Shown in pieces: positions 50,501 through 62,634 of a stretch of 64,000 bases of DNA. Each line of letters starts with the position of its first letter. Position 1 is the stretch's first letter. The stretch lies in contig CM120641.1 of assembly GCA_051362555.1 (NCBI GenBank), forward strand, positions 45,452,401 through 45,516,400, in the 5' to 3' direction. Made by a program: the position numbers and the translations under genes. The notes below the pieces were generated by a model that searched no databases, was not told the DNA's origin, and was given only the letters and a program-made list of their open reading frames with translations. This DNA comes from Lingula anatina. Lineage: Eukaryota; Animalia; Brachiopoda.

Positions 50501-53500
50501 TCTACAAAATGCAAAAAAGAATGGGTCTCTAGCATTAACGGTTCCCGAATTAGAGACAGTTTTCAGTTTCGGTATCTTATGGCCGCTACTCCCGTGAAAA
50601 TGCACCGATTGACCCCAAATTCATGGAGATGAAAGATGACCTGAAGGGTAACACTTTCCAATAATATTATTGGTTAAGTCTGTGTGGTGTCTGAAAAACA
50701 GGGCAAAAAAAATTTTTTTCGTAAAAAATTTCATTTTTTTGAAAATTTTGGCCCATTTGACCTTGAAGTAAAGGTCAAAGGTCAAATCCAAGGGTATATT
50801 TGAAATCTACACATATGACTTTTGGAAAGCTGTCTATAGAAATTTTTCCCATAACTCCTTCCGTAGGGTAGATAATTAGCATTTAATTTTGCCATTTTTA
50901 GACAAGGGTGCATTGCAATGAGTGCCACACCCAGACCCCAATACCGACAAAGCCCAAATTTTAGGTGGAACGAGTTGAGATTATAGGTGACCTAAATCCA
51001 TGAGATGGGTATGGGGGCCCTTACCGTCTAGGAGGAGAAGCGGTAACGGTAGCCGTCCGGCGGAGCCAACGGAGCCGGCGGAGCCGGCGGAGCCGGCGGA
51101 GCCGGCGGAACGATCCGGACGGGACCGAAACCATGTGTACCGCCAGCGCTAACGCTGGTGGTACAATAATGATAATAATGATAATTAACAGTTGAGGCTT
51201 TGAGGTTAGTCTCTCTCTCTCTCTCTCTCTGTGCTATTCTCTGGACAAAATAACAGGGGTTACTCAACAAAATATGGTTGTTGTTGTATCGTCTAAAATA
51301 TATCCTTGGCTTTAACCCCAAAACCATTTAGCCCAGCACAAAAACAACCCGTGACACCTTAGACATAACATTTTTTTAGGTTAAAACTGACTGACAGAAT
51401 AGAGCACGTAAACAGCTAATTATTGTTTAAACAGCTGGGTAAGGGGCAGCAACAGAGTGGGCATGAAGGCATATGATTTTTAAAAAATGAATAATCACAT
51501 GTAAAAAAATTAAAAAATTAAAGGCTAAGCTTAATAGTCTGTTAAGGAAAAGGGTTAATATAATTTTGAGGCCTTACAACTTTTTAAAAAGATTTCCCAT
51601 ATTCCTTCTGCTTTAAACTAGGATCGCACCCCAAACAAAAAGCCAAGATAATACCAAATATCTGAAAGATGATGAAATGCACAATTATTATCTGTGAATG
51701 GTTTTCCTTGGCAGTTAAAAATAAAGCCTGTGGCTTCTTCCCTTGTGAAGATTCTCCCCGTTTGCTATTTCATATATACCATTAAAACAATTTCCACAAA
51801 TTAAAATTTTTATTTATTTATTTATTTACAGGGATACCTAAACCAAGGCCCAGTATACACCTTTATCTGAACATTCATACCTCCATCTTTAATATTTTTC
51901 TTTCCCATTTAAGGAACTGCAAATGACTAAGGGATGGTCAAAATGGGTTTGGTCAGAGTATCATACCTATCATTATCTGACCAAATGCCTGATAGATGCC
52001 ATGTATATCAATATTAAACGAGTAAGAGAAAATGAAGGACACTGCACATAGATTTATATCATTCAAAATGATCACATGATGACCAAAAGGGATATATGGC
52101 AATGACACTGCCATTTTAAGGATTACTACTCTATGTGAACTAAGCTATGAAATGAGCATTCACAACCAAATGATCCATGGAATAACTGGTCCGTGGATCA
52201 AACATGGTGCAACGAGACTTATTTGCTCTGCCCCTGCTGGGATGGTCCGCCTGGGAGGAGGGGATTCCACTACATTATTGCTAGGGGATTATATGGCTTA
52301 CTTTTATTGCTTTTGCGTGCTATAATTGATCTGCACACAATTTAGTTCATAGATGAAGTGGCTATGAATGCTCTCAAAGACATTTGTCACACAATGCTAC
52401 CTAGATAGAATCTGATCATCAGCTAGGACAAGACTAACACTTCAATTCCATACAGTACTATCAAAACTCACACAGCCAGAAAAGGCATGGTCATTCTCAA
52501 GAACTATCCATATTTTCACACCCATTATCTACGGTAGTGCATTATACAAGCCTCTGTATTTGCCATTATCATATTCAGTCGCTTCACCACTATCAAAACT
52601 TACACGCCTGAAGAAAAGAATTGTAATGCAAAAGAACTATCTACATTTTCACACCCAACCATTATCTATGCTGGCAATACAATATACTAGCCTCTGTATT
52701 TGCCTGTGCCATATTAGACCACTTCATGCTCTTTCTTTACGGCACGACCCAGACAGCATGCAAACACAATGCCCATGATCTGAAAATAAATCACCCGACA
52801 TAACATCAGCCCATATTAGTCACAACTGATCCCTTTCAAAGTGTTGCCCACTCCCATTTCCAAAAGGCATGTCCAACATCACTTAATATTTTGCATAAAG
52901 AAGATGATGACTTTCAGATGATGACATCTGCTGTCCATATTTTTGCATCCCTTAGATTTTATCGTATTGGTCTTGTAAAGTAGTAGAATTTGAAATAACA
53001 GCATTAGTAAATTGCCATGTTAGTACTAAAGAGATCAGGTTTGTTTTAATATGTTTATCTAAAGAAGTCAAACATAAATAAATGCAGATTAGACAGTGCA
53101 GTTTTTGGTGAAAATGCTGCCTACGCTGCACATGGTGACTTTATTATCTTCATCAACTCATAAATTTACATGCATGGTTATATTCCCAAGCACTAATATT
53201 TTATATCTTGACAAGCATTAGCAGCAAACATCTGCTATTGACTCTAGTCTAGAAGAAGCGAAGAGTGCTGCAAGCATGCAGTGTTAGAATATGACAAATA
53301 CAGAGACAAGTACAGAGGCGTATATAATACATAACTACATATACATACACTAACTACATCAGCTGAGCAGGCAGACAGAGCACAACAACAAACTGTCAGC
53401 AAGGCAACACAACACAAGTATATCAAAAAGATGTTATTCTACAGAGAGCAACATTTAAGCATATTAGAAGTAGAGAAGCCAGTTATATCTTACAACATGG

Positions 53501-53754
53501 TATTGGTAAGGGGTCATATAGATCTACTAAGTGTGCTATCCAGATAAATGATGAAACTGGAGCAGTCCCTAAACGTAGTTGACGGAAAAGAAAGGTGGTA
53601 ATGGGTATGAAATATTCATAAGTAGTACTGACATTCAAAGCTGAGTTATGTTTAGACTGTTAGAGCTACACATATATTAACACATAAATAATTGCATTAA
53701 GAGTAATACCAAAGCAGCACTAGTACTGTTAAAGCAATTCCACACCCAGACACT

Positions 53755-53816
<62 letters not shown>

Positions 53817-56800
53817 AAAATTTAGCTGTGGACAAACTTGAATAAGGGATTCATATCTTTTAACCATTTAAACCCCCAGAAGTTGTCACAACTGTTAACC
53901 CTTTCCACAAGAAAACAAATACAAGAAATACACATATGGGCCACATGAAGTTCATTGAAGAAACAGATTTATACAGAGAACGTTAAAAAAGAAAGTTACT
54001 CCAACCATTTAAAGTTTTGACAGAGAATTATCCACTACATTTTGCCACACAAAATTATTTCTGATTTAACTGCTCATTACACCCCTGTGATAAGCAGGTC
54101 GATTGCATCTGGTATCGAAACACACGACATGTTTGAAGACAAGTACATAAGCATAAGAGCATTTAAAATTCTCAGGTGAGTCAGATAGTACAAACATCAA
54201 CAAAACTGATAAGATCCTGTGTTGTACAACAAATTAAAAGCTACAAAGAAACAAGCTGTGATAAGGGGGGAAGAACAAAGCTCTAAGCAAATTTTATCAA
54301 AAACAGAAGCAACTACTGTCTGTGTCACATATAAAATGGCAGAAGAAGACAAACTTACCTCAATGAAAGCCCAAGCTATGCCAACCGCTCCAATAATGTA
54401 GATGTATCTCTCTGCCCATTCTTGGACTGCTTTGACACAACCCTGCAGGAAAGCAGAACAATGAATTTACATTAATTTTTTAATATTCCTTAGATTTATT
54501 CTGCACTCGCTTTTACATCAATAACATTGACTTTACTACTCCTGATTGTGACCCACAGGAAAAGGGGTAGGAAAATTGGAAAACTGAAAGCTGAAAATTT
54601 AAAAATTGATGCCAAGTGACTGTGCCAGTTCAAATAAACTATAAACTGACCCATAAAAGTTTGATGTTAAGACCTACAGTATTTATCTGGTGAGTGCAAC
54701 CCCCCCCCCCCCCCCATACAATATCTGCACAGATTACAGATGGATTAGGCATAATCTTATTCATTACTTCATAGAAGGGCGAGTAATTGGGAACTGATAC
54801 TATTTAAAAGAGGTCACCAGAATTCGACCCAACATCTCACAATACCAAGGATACCAAGATCTAGAAGACTTTAACAAAGAATTCACAACATAATCAACCT
54901 GAACATTTCAAACTGACAAATTTTCATGAATCTTTATAAATGACATTTTTGCAATTTCAAACAATGAAACTGCCTGCTGCTGCAGTCTTTACCCAATAAT
55001 AACAAAAATAATGTAAATCAATAATAAATTTAAAAAAAAAATAAATAAATAAATCAAAATACAAAAGAACATCGTTTCTTCTGTACTTACATCATTTCGC
55101 AGTTTGCCTGTGTCCCCTTTGTTCAAGTAGTATTCGTAGCAACCTGTTCTGTTGTTGTTCAGACTACTATCAAGTGAAATGCAGCAGCCATCACCTCCAA
55201 GTTTGTTGGTTTTATTTTCCCAATCCCCAAAACCATTCACGCCACAGCATTTGAACTGAAACATACAAGTGGGGAAATCAAAAGAGACAGCAAAGCTTGA
55301 AGTACACAGACACCAAGCAGGTAGAAGCATTGCAAGAATACTGCAAACAAAAAATCAATAACTTTGGTTAAAGAAAAGGAAAAATCGGATTGTGCCGATT
55401 TTCAAAAGGGACCTGCAATTTTGCCCAGTGAAGTCACAATGCAAAATGTGACATCAATTAGAAATTGTTATCAAAAACCAAGGGACCTGCAATCATTTCA
55501 ATATTTTTTTTTAATTTTCATGTGCACAGGCTTCATAAAAATGGCAAAAAAAAAAAAAAAAAAATTTCAAAGATTACTTCAAGCTGATAAGTCAACAAAT
55601 GATGAAGTGACATTGTAATATATGTAAGCCACAATTAAGATAATTATTATACTTCTTGGTCAGTTACAATCCAATATTCTGAATAATTTTTAATCAGCAG
55701 GTATTTAAAAACATAAACTGGAATGAGCAGGCATTCTGTGTTTTCGTTTTGCTTCAAAAAGGCATCTTGACACCTGTGAAAACCTCCTCCTGTTTTAAAA
55801 AAGCAATCCCTGCAATGGGCATACTTACATCTTTTTCAATTGTGTTGAATATGGTGATGTCTGCAGTGTTTCCTGTGCCAGCCTCGTCCAAAATTTTGGA
55901 AGCAGAGGTTTTAATTACATCAACAACCTAAAACAACAATAAATATTCTAATCAAATGAATTAGGTATTATGAATGATATTAACATTCTTATGTAATATT
56001 TTGTTTGAATGCTCATTTATTTTCATTTTTTCTATTTATTAGCTACCATTACCTATATTTGTGCACTGCCAAATGTACACAGACACATTCAGAAAATAAC
56101 AGCAGCAGAGACACATGAAAATATTCTTCATACAATTTTCTATTACTAATTGTATTTCACAGAAAACAGGTTGGCAAAGCATGATCAGACCCCCTGAATA
56201 CCAAAACAAATATCATTTCAAAAAATGTTGAAATAAATCTATTTCGATATCTTTTTAGGGATCTTGATAATCATAATTAATTATAATTACCTGATCCTTG
56301 AGGACAAAACCAGCAATTCCCGCTGCCAGCTCAAAGATGAAGATGATAATCAGAAGTGCAGCAAACTGAAATAAAGTGAAATAATATTGATAATGACTAA
56401 TATGACTTCTGTTAGTAAAAACTCTTCACCAAAACAATATAGCTTAAGTGTTACAGTTCAATTTTGCAGTTTAGGAATCTTCATGGAAAGGACTGAAAAT
56501 TACCATTCCTTGAAGCTATTTAATTAGCATTATATTTAAACAACACCTTTCATTGCCAATAGTGCTGGTGATTTCCAATGCCAAAAGTGTGAAGTGGCTT
56601 GGGTCAATGAAAATCTAAAATTGACCCAACAAATGTTATTGGACCTAGCTGAAAAAACTACCTTTTAACCATGGCCAGCAATATTTTTAACATTCTAGGG
56701 GCTTTCTGCCCATTTTTGACATCATTAAAACATGGAATGGGTGAGCAAGGCACAAACATTTATAACAGCATAAAATATCCAGTGGAATGGCCCATTTATT

Positions 56801-59800
56801 TTTCCAGTATATATTCCCCTCTCCATCTCATTTCCTAGATTTTCATAAATCACACCCATACTCCACGATTTCAACACACTTCTATACTTACGGTCATAAC
56901 CATGCAATAGTTCTCCTTGATGGCACCGAAGCAGCCAAAGAAGGCGACAATCAGGATGATCACTCCCACAATTATGACATACGTCGCTGCCGAACCAAAC
57001 GGCCCTTCTCCAAGGAATTGTGCATATTCTGAGAAACTTGTAAGCACAACTGCGCCTGCGATGATCAGCCCAAGACCACACAGCTGTCGGGAAAAAAGGA
57101 GACGTGGAATACTTATAAGCACCCTTATATTTATAAAATAAAGATATATCATGAGTCAGAGATATCAGAAAATTAAGAAAAAATGTACCTGAAAGGTTCA
57201 AATGTTTGACTGTTTTTGAACAATTTAATGTAATTTGCATTTTTCACTGTTAATCTATTTCATATAAAATTTAACAAAAAGTTTCTCTTAGTATTGAAAG
57301 AAATGCTTATTTTTGTCTATTTATGATGAAAAAATGCATTAGTCAGACCAGAAAAAATATCACTTGTCTGGGGTAGCGCTAACACTCGCCAATTTAGCCC
57401 AATGCTAAAACTGACTTAAACTGGCTAAAGAAAAAGGGCTTGATTTGACATGTTTTAGCCAAATTATAACCATTTCGATAACAAATTGACAAAAATGTGG
57501 TGATTTGGCTAGGCGAAAAAAATTGCTAGTGCTACCCCAGCTTGTATGTAACTAAATCATCATATCTTGCTCTTAAAACATCTTTCTACATTAGGATTCA
57601 TGATACAGCTGAAATATACTTGGCAATACTTCACTTTATACTCGTATTACTAATTCTATTGTTGTTTCCGCTCATTTCGCATACAGAAAACCTAACACCA
57701 TTCAACATATAAGCATCCTATTGTTGAATAAACTCTTATTGAGAGCATACTTGTTTGCAATTTGCATGCATTCGCCAAAATCTAAAGCTCATAAATCTAA
57801 AGCATGATAAAGAGCGACTGCTTACTTCGATATGTCACATTCATGCCATTTTAGTTTTAAACATGTTGGTCACATATTCCATGACTTTGTAAACTTCTAT
57901 TAAGATATAATCATCAAAATCATACCCGAATTCTACAATTTTCTTTGGTAATATATATTGTAAAACAACTCAAAGCTCTGCATAATTTTCTATTTATTTC
58001 AAATTTGTTGCCCAAAAAAATTCAAGAATTTAGAATTTCCACATGATAAAGTACAGTCTGATAATCTTTTAATATTTACCTATATATTATATATATGTAT
58101 GCAGTCCCTTACTAATCAATATCATTTCATGAAAAATGCACAGCAAGGCAAATCGATATATATGCAGAATATGTTACAATAACCACTTTAATCAAAGCAC
58201 CTACGTGGCATATTTAGTAATCAACAGCTAAATATACACATTAATTCTTATCAAAGCTGCAGCTTCATACTACAGAAATCGTGTTTAGATTGTTGCCAGA
58301 TACCACCTCCTGATTAATTAGAAATGGGAGTCAATGCCTATCTATGCACACAGGGATCCTGACTAAACATTAAACTACCTATAAAGCTAAAGAGAAAGGT
58401 GTTCGCACATGCAATCAATACTTTTATCTAGATCAGGACGAGATAAAGGCTTATCGTGATAAATCATTCATTCAGCGTCCTTTCAGAATAACAAAATTCT
58501 TATTGTAAATTAGGATGTATGCAGTGGAATAGGTCACATGTCCATACTCCCACATTATCGCCACAGAAACACCTAATGCAAGAAATATGTTTACGTCCTT
58601 GTAATATCCGTTTTCTTTTCTTTTCTTTTTTTGCTGTAAATATCCTGTTTACTGCTTAAACACTGTGAAAGATTGACACAGACATTTTTTAAACATACTT
58701 ATGCAAAATAATAACAATAAAATAAAATAAAAGTGCTAAGACTCCTGCTCTTATCAATGGAAGCAAAAAGTGAACATTATTAAATACCTAAATCAATTAT
58801 AAACAGGCACACTTGCTATTACACATTAGTATTGCACTGAATACAAGTTCCATAATGTTATATCACATAAATTCACCCAGCATCTACCAGCATGCTAGCA
58901 GAAACCCACACATCAATGCAGGTATGGGAAAAGTATTGGTATTTGACAGAAATATCAATCTGTTTAGCACCTCACATGAAAATTATTAAAAATTAATACT
59001 TCAAAACCTGTTTCTTTTAATACAAGATTTAAACATGTGATTCACAATTGAAAATAAATGGATTTTGAAAAAAAGGCAACTTGCAAGTAAAGTGTACATA
59101 TACACTACCCAAAGAGGAAGAAAATAAAATTTGGCTAATATTTATTTTTAACCTTCTTGTTTTCCTTGTGGACAACCTATATTTTACATAAAAAATAGAT
59201 ATCTTTTAAGATTAATGAAATATCCATGTTAAGAAATTCTACATTTGAACCCAAAGTGACTTATCTGACCTTAGCAAAGCAAAACAAAAAATGATTGGTC
59301 TAAAGACTTGTATGTTATATTTATAATTAACTTCCGCATTTGTTACTCAATACACAAAAGTGCCAGGAAAATGAGTTTCCTGAACTTTTTTTTTTGAACA
59401 AAATCTTGCATGCAGACTCTTAAACAGTCATCTATACAATATGAAAGGTCAGACCTGTTCATGAAGTAACACAGTAAGCCCTTAAATTTATCCTATCATG
59501 GTAAAACAGATCAACAAGTCACGTCACACCTTTGTAACAGGATGTACAAATGTAAGTTCTAAATTGCAACTAATGACTAATGAGCACATGCCATTTCAAA
59601 TATGTTAAACATCAATATAACTTGAACAGTAATAAACTTGTTTTTGCTTGCTCAAACTTATTTAAATTATGAAAATGTACAGTAGCATTTTGGCAAGTCA
59701 AATTAATGCTTTGAACAAACTTGTTTCCATTTCTTTTAATTGAACAAAAAATAAAATCTCAAATTACTATGGTAGTAAACATTTATCATAAGTTCTGCAC

Positions 59801-60401
59801 AATTCACAGATATGATCAGAATAATAATTTCCTTATTTTCTGGGACTTGCACTGAATAATAAAAATATATTTTGACAAGGATAGTTGCAGTCACATAGAC
59901 ATTCCCAACTTGTTGATTTCTTATTTAGCATTTCCCCTGGTCTAAATCGCTACAACACATTTCTCAGATGGTTTCAGTAGTTCACATTTGTCATACTGCA
60001 CAATTAACATTCCAGAAGCCTGATGTCGAAGTGCGATTCGCAAACTGGCGGCGGTCACACCTTTAAGCTCACAGCTAAACCACTGATGCTGGTTAGCCGC
60101 CGCTAGCACTGCCCTAGTCTCAGATTTGCCCTCTAGAGATCCTTATTACTCTAAACCCAGATTTAAATTTTCTGGGCTGTTAATACACGGTGTAAATAGT
60201 CATAACTATTATTTAATAAAATCTGACGGTAAAATTCTGCTTTTTATGTCGAGATTTAAAACAGGCGACGTACACAACGAGAGCAAGTGGAGTGAAAACC
60301 TGCATGACAACAACTCAACAAGTCGAGGTTATACTTACGAAAAAGAGCAAGTTGAATGCGAAGAGCAAGTATTTAACGCATGACATGCCACCCTCAACCA
60401 T
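47452..60401 (-). CDS. CD63: CD63-like tetraspanin; six shared coding exons plus one of three terminal exons
   Basis: All phase-0 exons: 60339-60401 (MVEGGMSCVKYLLFAFNLLFF), 56892-57083 (..AFFGCFGAIKENYCMVMT), 56291-56365 (FAALLIIIFIFELAAGIAGF..), 55829-55927, 55091-55255 (FKCCG..DW..GCC..C), 54359-54442 (GCV..AFIE), then 52714-52779, 51584-51661 or 47452-47517. The tetraspanin call is secure; CD63 orthology rests on the N-terminus and YEVV tail. Confidence 0.88.
48237..51168 (-). mobile_element. Helentron-associated non-autonomous element (HINE/DINE-1-like) with internal satellite
   Basis: Perfect 15-bp subterminal inverted repeats tattgtaccaccagc (48272-48286) and gctggtggtacaata (51154-51168). 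Partial inner inverted repeat forms a hairpin at 51136-51165. Adjacent (ccggcggag)n microsatellite at 51057-51108, GC palindrome gaggcg-atac-cgcctc at 48252-48267, minus-strand CTAGTT end. Confidence 0.8.
48443..50158. repeat. Tandem array of about 12 copies of a 146-bp unit with 292-bp dimeric higher-order structure
   Basis: Unit starts (gtaggtca or variant) at 48443, 48587, 48733, 48879, 49025, 49171, 49317, 49463, 49609, 49755, 49901, 50047; the last unit is partial. Confidence 0.97.
51584..51661 (-). CDS. Tetraspanin terminal exon, middle (IFGIILAFCLGCDPSLKQKEYGKSF*)
   Basis: tctttcag acceptor, phase 0, 78 nt, IxGII.A.CL pattern shared with the other two terminal exons. Confidence 0.75.
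   Translation of the reverse strand: MFGIILAFCLGCDPSLKQKEYGKSF
52714..52779 (-). CDS. Tetraspanin terminal exon, proximal (IMGIVFACCLGRAVKKEHEVV*)
   Basis: tattttcag acceptor, 66 nt, paralog of the distal exon with His in place of Tyr. Confidence 0.85.
   Translation of the reverse strand: MMGIVFACCLGRAVKKEHEVV
53757..53812. repeat. (TA)n microsatellite
   Basis: About 28 uninterrupted TA units. Confidence 0.95.
57368..57540. mobile_element. MITE, 173 bp, with 16-bp TIRs and 5-bp TSD
   Basis: ctggggtagcgctaac versus gctagtgctaccccag (14/16 inverted match). CTTGT duplicated at 57363-57367 and 57541-57545. Confidence 0.8.
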
Positions 60402-60652
60402 TTTTACTGTTTTGTGTTGTCCTGAGATACGTTGTTATGTCGTGGAATTCTAACTGCGATGTCCCTCCAAGAACACCTGTCGGCTTCGTAGCTTCCTAGA
60501 TCGGATACACTTGACCGTTTTTCAGTGGATACTCTGTAAAATATAGTTCCGTGTATGTCTGAAGTTTCAGTTAAATTAACCCTTACTGTTCAAGAACTGG
60601 TGATAAATTCACACTTTATTCAGAGCTTTGGGAAACCTATCATGGGATGCAC

Positions 60653-60747
60653 ATCACATGACACTACGCCCATACAGTGGGGATGAATATTGCGCAAACA
60701 TATTTATTTTGAGCGCAGTGATATATTGCAACGTCAACATCATGTGA
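60653..60747. promoter_or_regulatory. Two M-box/E-box TCATGTGA motifs upstream of the tetraspanin
   Basis: atcacatgac (60653-60662) and tcatgtga (60740-60747), 250-350 bp 5' of the ATG in CpG-rich DNA, with a ttgcgcaa palindrome between them. Confidence 0.4.
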
Positions 60748-62634
60748 GTACCAGTGAGTACTATATTTTTGTCAATTACATCATGACCGCATTAGAACCT
60801 CGTTTACAAATGTGTTAGAAACATACATGATTCATAGTATATTGAAAACGAGTCTTATTACTCTTTTCGCAAGAGAGAACAGAAATCGCATTGCGGAAAT
60901 TTGAAGCATGTCCCAGTCAGAGTCAAGTGATGTGACGTATTTTTCTAATAAGCTGAAATGGGCAATCGAAAGGCGAGATATACCTGCTGTGAAAAGACTA
61001 ATCAAAGGAGGCGTCATTGCTGACGCACAGTTTTGGGTAGCCATATTATCTTGTTGAAATCAATATATTACAAAACAAGCATTACCCAAGGCTAAGCTTT
61101 TAGACTAAAGTTAGACATGTCAGTGTTACCAGTAGACGTTAGACCCAGAGACTTTATTCTTGAATCTAACCCTCACTTACTCTGACCGAGTTTAACTCAT
61201 TACTTAATTGTTACGTTTTACTCGCATTTCAACTTTGCAAAGATCAACATCTACACCCGATTTGCATCAATAAATCCACCTTATGAGTTGCTCTCATTGC
61301 ACGTTCGTTTTACATGCAGACATGGGGAAACTGCCTGTCCGACTGATCAACTTACTGAGGGAGAATACTAATAGTACTTCAGGAAGCACTCACCCTCCAA
61401 ACATACCTGCACTCACCTTTACGTCTGACTTCAGTCAAACTTAGTTCATACTTACATAAGTTTGAGCGAAGCGCGAGTTTGAGTGAGCTGAAGAAATACT
61501 ATGTACAAGCCTAAGGCTTAAAGACCTCAGGACTGTCACATCATTACCTGAGATAAATGTCTCACTCTGTTAGTCACTCAGTCTCGGTGCATGACTTTTA
61601 CCATACCTGGTATGTGTCATTCCAAAACAGGTATGCCTGGTGATAAACAAGAATGAAAGGCAGCATATTTTGAGTTTGTTCTGTGAATTTTTTTATTATT
61701 TCAAAACACTTGAATAACATTAACCAATCTATAAGTAGCTGTAATGGGTTAGTTAAAAACAATCAGGTGGCATGAGAATGATTTTAATTTTACACTTTCC
61801 AAAAGAACCATTTTACAAATGGTCATTTCGACATTGAAAAAAAATTGATCAGATATTATACCAGTTAGTTATCATATCTAAGAAGTTTGTGTTTTGAACT
61901 TGAAATTTGTTTGGTTTTTAAGATAATTGTGAACTGAGTTTCATCTTATTTGGCAGTTATCAGTAGAATACACATTTGTGACCTATTTTCCCCAATTAAG
62001 TATTCTGGCAGGACACCTGTAAATGTACAAACATTGTCCTGTGTGTCCTTGATAACACGTGATACATGATACATATTGAACACATGACAGTGCACCTCAA
62101 TATTCAGAAGCTTGCTGCATCAGTGTGTCTTACTATTTTGTCATTTTTAAAAATTAAACATGGTGTAAGAGTCAGAAACCAAAATAGATAATATTATACC
62201 CAAATCTAAACAATTGTAAATTTGAATAGAATTTGATGTAAATTTCAGATTTTGAAGTCAATAGATTGTAGCCAATGTATTATATACCTCATGCATATTT
62301 CTACAAATGATACCACTACATGTACTATTATTGCTATAAATATTTATTAAAAGTAAATACGGATGGTAGAGGCAAACTGATTATTAGTGGCGCAAGCCAG
62401 TTACTTCCAAAGCTGTAATTAATTAATTCTCGGCTGCGCTCGGAAGAGAGTCTCATATCTTAGACTAATTCTTGTCACTAACCTGTGAATTTTGCACCTA
62501 TTAAACTATGTAATTCAAATTTTCTAAGTAAGTCAGGAAGACCACTATATTGATAAAAGTACATAATTGACAAATTGCACAGATTGTCATATACATATGA
62601 CTTGAATGTAAATTGTTCTTCAATTACTTTTCAG

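Noticed and set aside
51028-51327. Pro/Ala-rich ORF (PPAPPAPPA)
   Set aside because: Translation of the 9-bp microsatellite at the end of the Helentron-like element.
51820-54290. Further candidate tetraspanin terminal exons (e.g. FVVVLCLPAQLM* near 53.37 kb, IKVYTGPWFRYPCK* near 51.85 kb, ...QYDKI* near 52.96 kb)
   Set aside because: They lack the IxGIxxAxCL TM4 signature or a phase-0 acceptor.
61140-61515. Possible MITE upstream of the ankyrin exons
   Set aside because: Only patchy inverted similarity and no TSD.
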